DNA of 47,905 nucleotides from Anaerolineales bacterium (GTDB lineage Bacteria; Chloroflexota; Anaerolineae; Epilineales; JAANWY01): NCBI GenBank assembly GCA_018263655.1, contig JAANWY010000149.1, positions 1 to 47,905 of the forward strand, read 5' to 3'. Shown piece by piece: positions 46,337 to 47,905 of this stretch (position 1 is its first letter; each line of letters starts with the position of its first letter). The notes under the pieces were generated by a model. It saw only the letters and a program-made list of their open reading frames with translations, ran no database searches and was not told where the DNA came from. The position numbers and the translations under genes were made by a program.

Positions 46337-46414
46337 GTTCGTAGTAAGCCACGGAACGCAGTGGAGTGGCGTCGGGTCTGACGGCACTCCGTTACACTGC
46401 GTGCCTGACTACGA
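46336..46414. repeat. Short family-B variant (B4) abutting A3
   Basis: CGTTCGTAGTAAGCC...GCAGTGGAGTGGCGTC...GACGGCACTCC...CTGACTACGAA. Confidence 0.7.
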
Positions 46415-46438
46415 ATATAACCTGGCGCCGTCAAGCCA

Positions 46439-47905
46439 CTACGCTTTACCCAGATGTTTGTCGACCACGCCGGCTATCGCTTCAAACTCCGATTTCAGTG
46501 CTGGATACAGCGCGCGATAGCGTGGGTAGAAGTCCTCGTACACCGGTACGGCCGGCCCGGGTGTCACACGGTCCGTCCACCGAATCGCTTGCTGGCAAGC
46601 TTCGGCGACGTTAGAATAAACGCCGGCCCCCACGCCCGCCAGCAGGGCCGCACCATAGGCTGCCCCCTCGGTCACGTTGACGGTGGCAATCTCTGTGGCG
46701 AACACGTCCGCCAGAATCTGGCGCCACAGGGGGCTGCGGGCGCCGCCGCCAGAGGCGCGCACCTCGTCAAACGAGAGGCCCAACGCACGCATCAGCTCCA
46801 GCGAGTCACGCAGACCAAAGGTGACGCCTTCGAGCACAGCTCGCGTCATGTGGGCTTTTTGGTGCCGCAGCGTCAGGCCGAAGAAAACCCCCCGGGCGTT
46901 GGGATCGGGGTACGGCGTGCGTTCGCCGCTCAGGTAGGGGAGGAAGAGCAGCCCCTCACAGCCCGGTGGCACCTCGGCGGCCGCCTCGGTCAGGAGATCG
47001 TAGGCATCGCGACCGGAGTCGCTGACTCGGGCCCGCTCGAGGTCGCCTAGCGTATCCCGATACCAGCGGAAGCTGCCCGCTGCCGAGAGCATCACGCCCA
47101 TCAGGTGCCACATGCCGGGTACGGCGTGGCAGAAGGCGTGGAGCCGGCCTTCCGGCTCAACCCGGTACTCATCTGAAGCGGCGAAAACCACCCCCGAAGT
47201 GCCGAGGGTTGCAGAGACCAGCCCTTCTGTGACAATTCCTGTTCCGACAGCCTGCGCGGCCTGATCGCCACCGCCGCCGGCCACCGGTGTCCCCTCCAGC
47301 AGGCCCGTTTCCTTGGCTGCATGGGCACTCACGCTCGCACTGACTTCCGGAGACTCGGTCACCTCGGGCAGCCACTCGCACGGCACCTCCAAGGCTTCCA
47401 GCATCTCATCCGACCACCGGCGTTGGCCCACGTCGAACATCGAGGTGCCCGACGCCCCCGACACCTCGCTGAAAAACCCTTGCGTCAGGCGGTAGCGCAC
47501 GTAGTCCTTGGGCAACAGCGCCTTCGCGATCTGATCGTAGACCTCGGGCTCGTGCTCGCGCACCCAGACAATCTTCGGGGCGGTGAAGCCAGGCAAGACC
47601 GGGTTGCCAGTGAGCTCCAGGACCCGCTTTTCGCCGACCGCTCGGGTAATGGCCGCACACTGGGCCGCGGTGCGCTGATCGTTCCACATGATGCACGGGC
47701 GGAGAACCTCCCCATGAGCGTCCAGCAGCACCAGGCCATGCATCTGGCCCGTTAGACCGATGCCGGCCACGTCTTCGGCGGGCACTTCACTGTTCCTCAG
47801 CACCCGCTGAATGCTGGTGACGCTGGCCGCCCACCAGTCGGCCGGATTCTGCTCGGCCCACAGTGGCTGGGGCGTAAACATCGGGTACTCAGTCGTGGCG
47901 CTGGC
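46439..47905 (-). CDS. xylB: Xylulokinase / FGGY-family carbohydrate kinase; the N-terminus runs off the window
   Basis: ...QPLWAEQNPADWW..., GLTGQMHGLVLLD, GGGARS. The frame stays open to the window edge (…ASATTEYPMFTPQP). Confidence 0.85.
   Translation of the reverse strand, partial: ASATTEYPMFTPQPLWAEQNPADWWAASVTSIQRVLRNSEVPAEDVAGIGLTGQMHGLVLLDAHGEVLRPCIMWNDQRTAAQCAAITRAVGEKRVLELTGNPVLPGFTAPKIVWVREHEPEVYDQIAKALLPKDYVRYRLTQGFFSEVSGASGTSMFDVGQRRWSDEMLEALEVPCEWLPEVTESPEVSASVSAHAAKETGLLEGTPVAGGGGDQAAQAVGTGIVTEGLVSATLGTSGVVFAASDEYRVEPEGRLHAFCHAVPGMWHLMGVMLSAAGSFRWYRDTLGDLERARVSDSGRDAYDLLTEAAAEVPPGCEGLLFLPYLSGERTPYPDPNARGVFFGLTLRHQKAHMTRAVLEGVTFGLRDSLELMRALGLSFDEVRASGGGARSPLWRQILADVFATEIATVNVTEGAAYGAALLAGVGAGVYSNVAEACQQAIRWTDRVTPGPAVPVYEDFYPRYRALYPALKSEFEAIAGVVDKHLGKA

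Overview
High-GC bacterial chromosomal window. Gene content (Uma2 and Rpn/DUF4351 nucleases, a T-box-controlled trp operon, heptamer STRR-like repeats) suggests a Chloroflexota-type genome; this is inference only. All calls come from reading the sequence and ORF track by hand. No database search or folding program was run, and repeat and RNA boundaries are good to a few nt.

Gene order:
- (1) A Dpp/Opp-type peptide ABC operon (1-5882). Its binding-protein gene is separated from the permease genes by repeat elements and a Uma2 nuclease gene.
- (2) An accessory stretch (5.9-14 kb): Rpn/DUF4351 nuclease, MFS transporter, pentapeptide-repeat protein, DNRLRE-domain secreted protein, an M50-like membrane protease, two gene remnants and dense REP-like repeat islands.
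- (3) A minus-strand tryptophan operon (24171 down to 14031): trpE-trpS-trpG-trpD-trpC-[brnT pseudogene/brnA + duplicated trpC 3' end + small gene/HNH]-trpF-trpB-CPBP protease. There is no trpA. It is preceded by a Trp (UGG) T-box whose Stem I and antiterminator lie about 700 nt apart, with inserted repeats between them.
- (4) LysM protein, glycosyltransferase, cold-shock gene, an FtsK-like remnant and a retropepsin-like two-gene module.
- (5) An IclR-regulated sialidase-like/NanA-like/CUT1 ABC locus followed by gene remnants.
- (6) A stand-alone ~290-nt candidate structured RNA with a consensus promoter (38500-38827). I could not assign it to any known RNA family.
- (7) A minus-strand sugar locus: xylB, pfkB, two RbsC-type permeases, a single-NBD ATPase and an unusual two-domain binding protein.

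Nearly every intergenic gap, including gaps inside operons, is filled with several families of palindromic or tandem repeats. One copy has a clear 8-bp target-site duplication. Some repeats extend in frame into coding sequence or supply stop codons.

No rRNA gene, tRNA gene, CRISPR array or transposase/integrase gene was seen.
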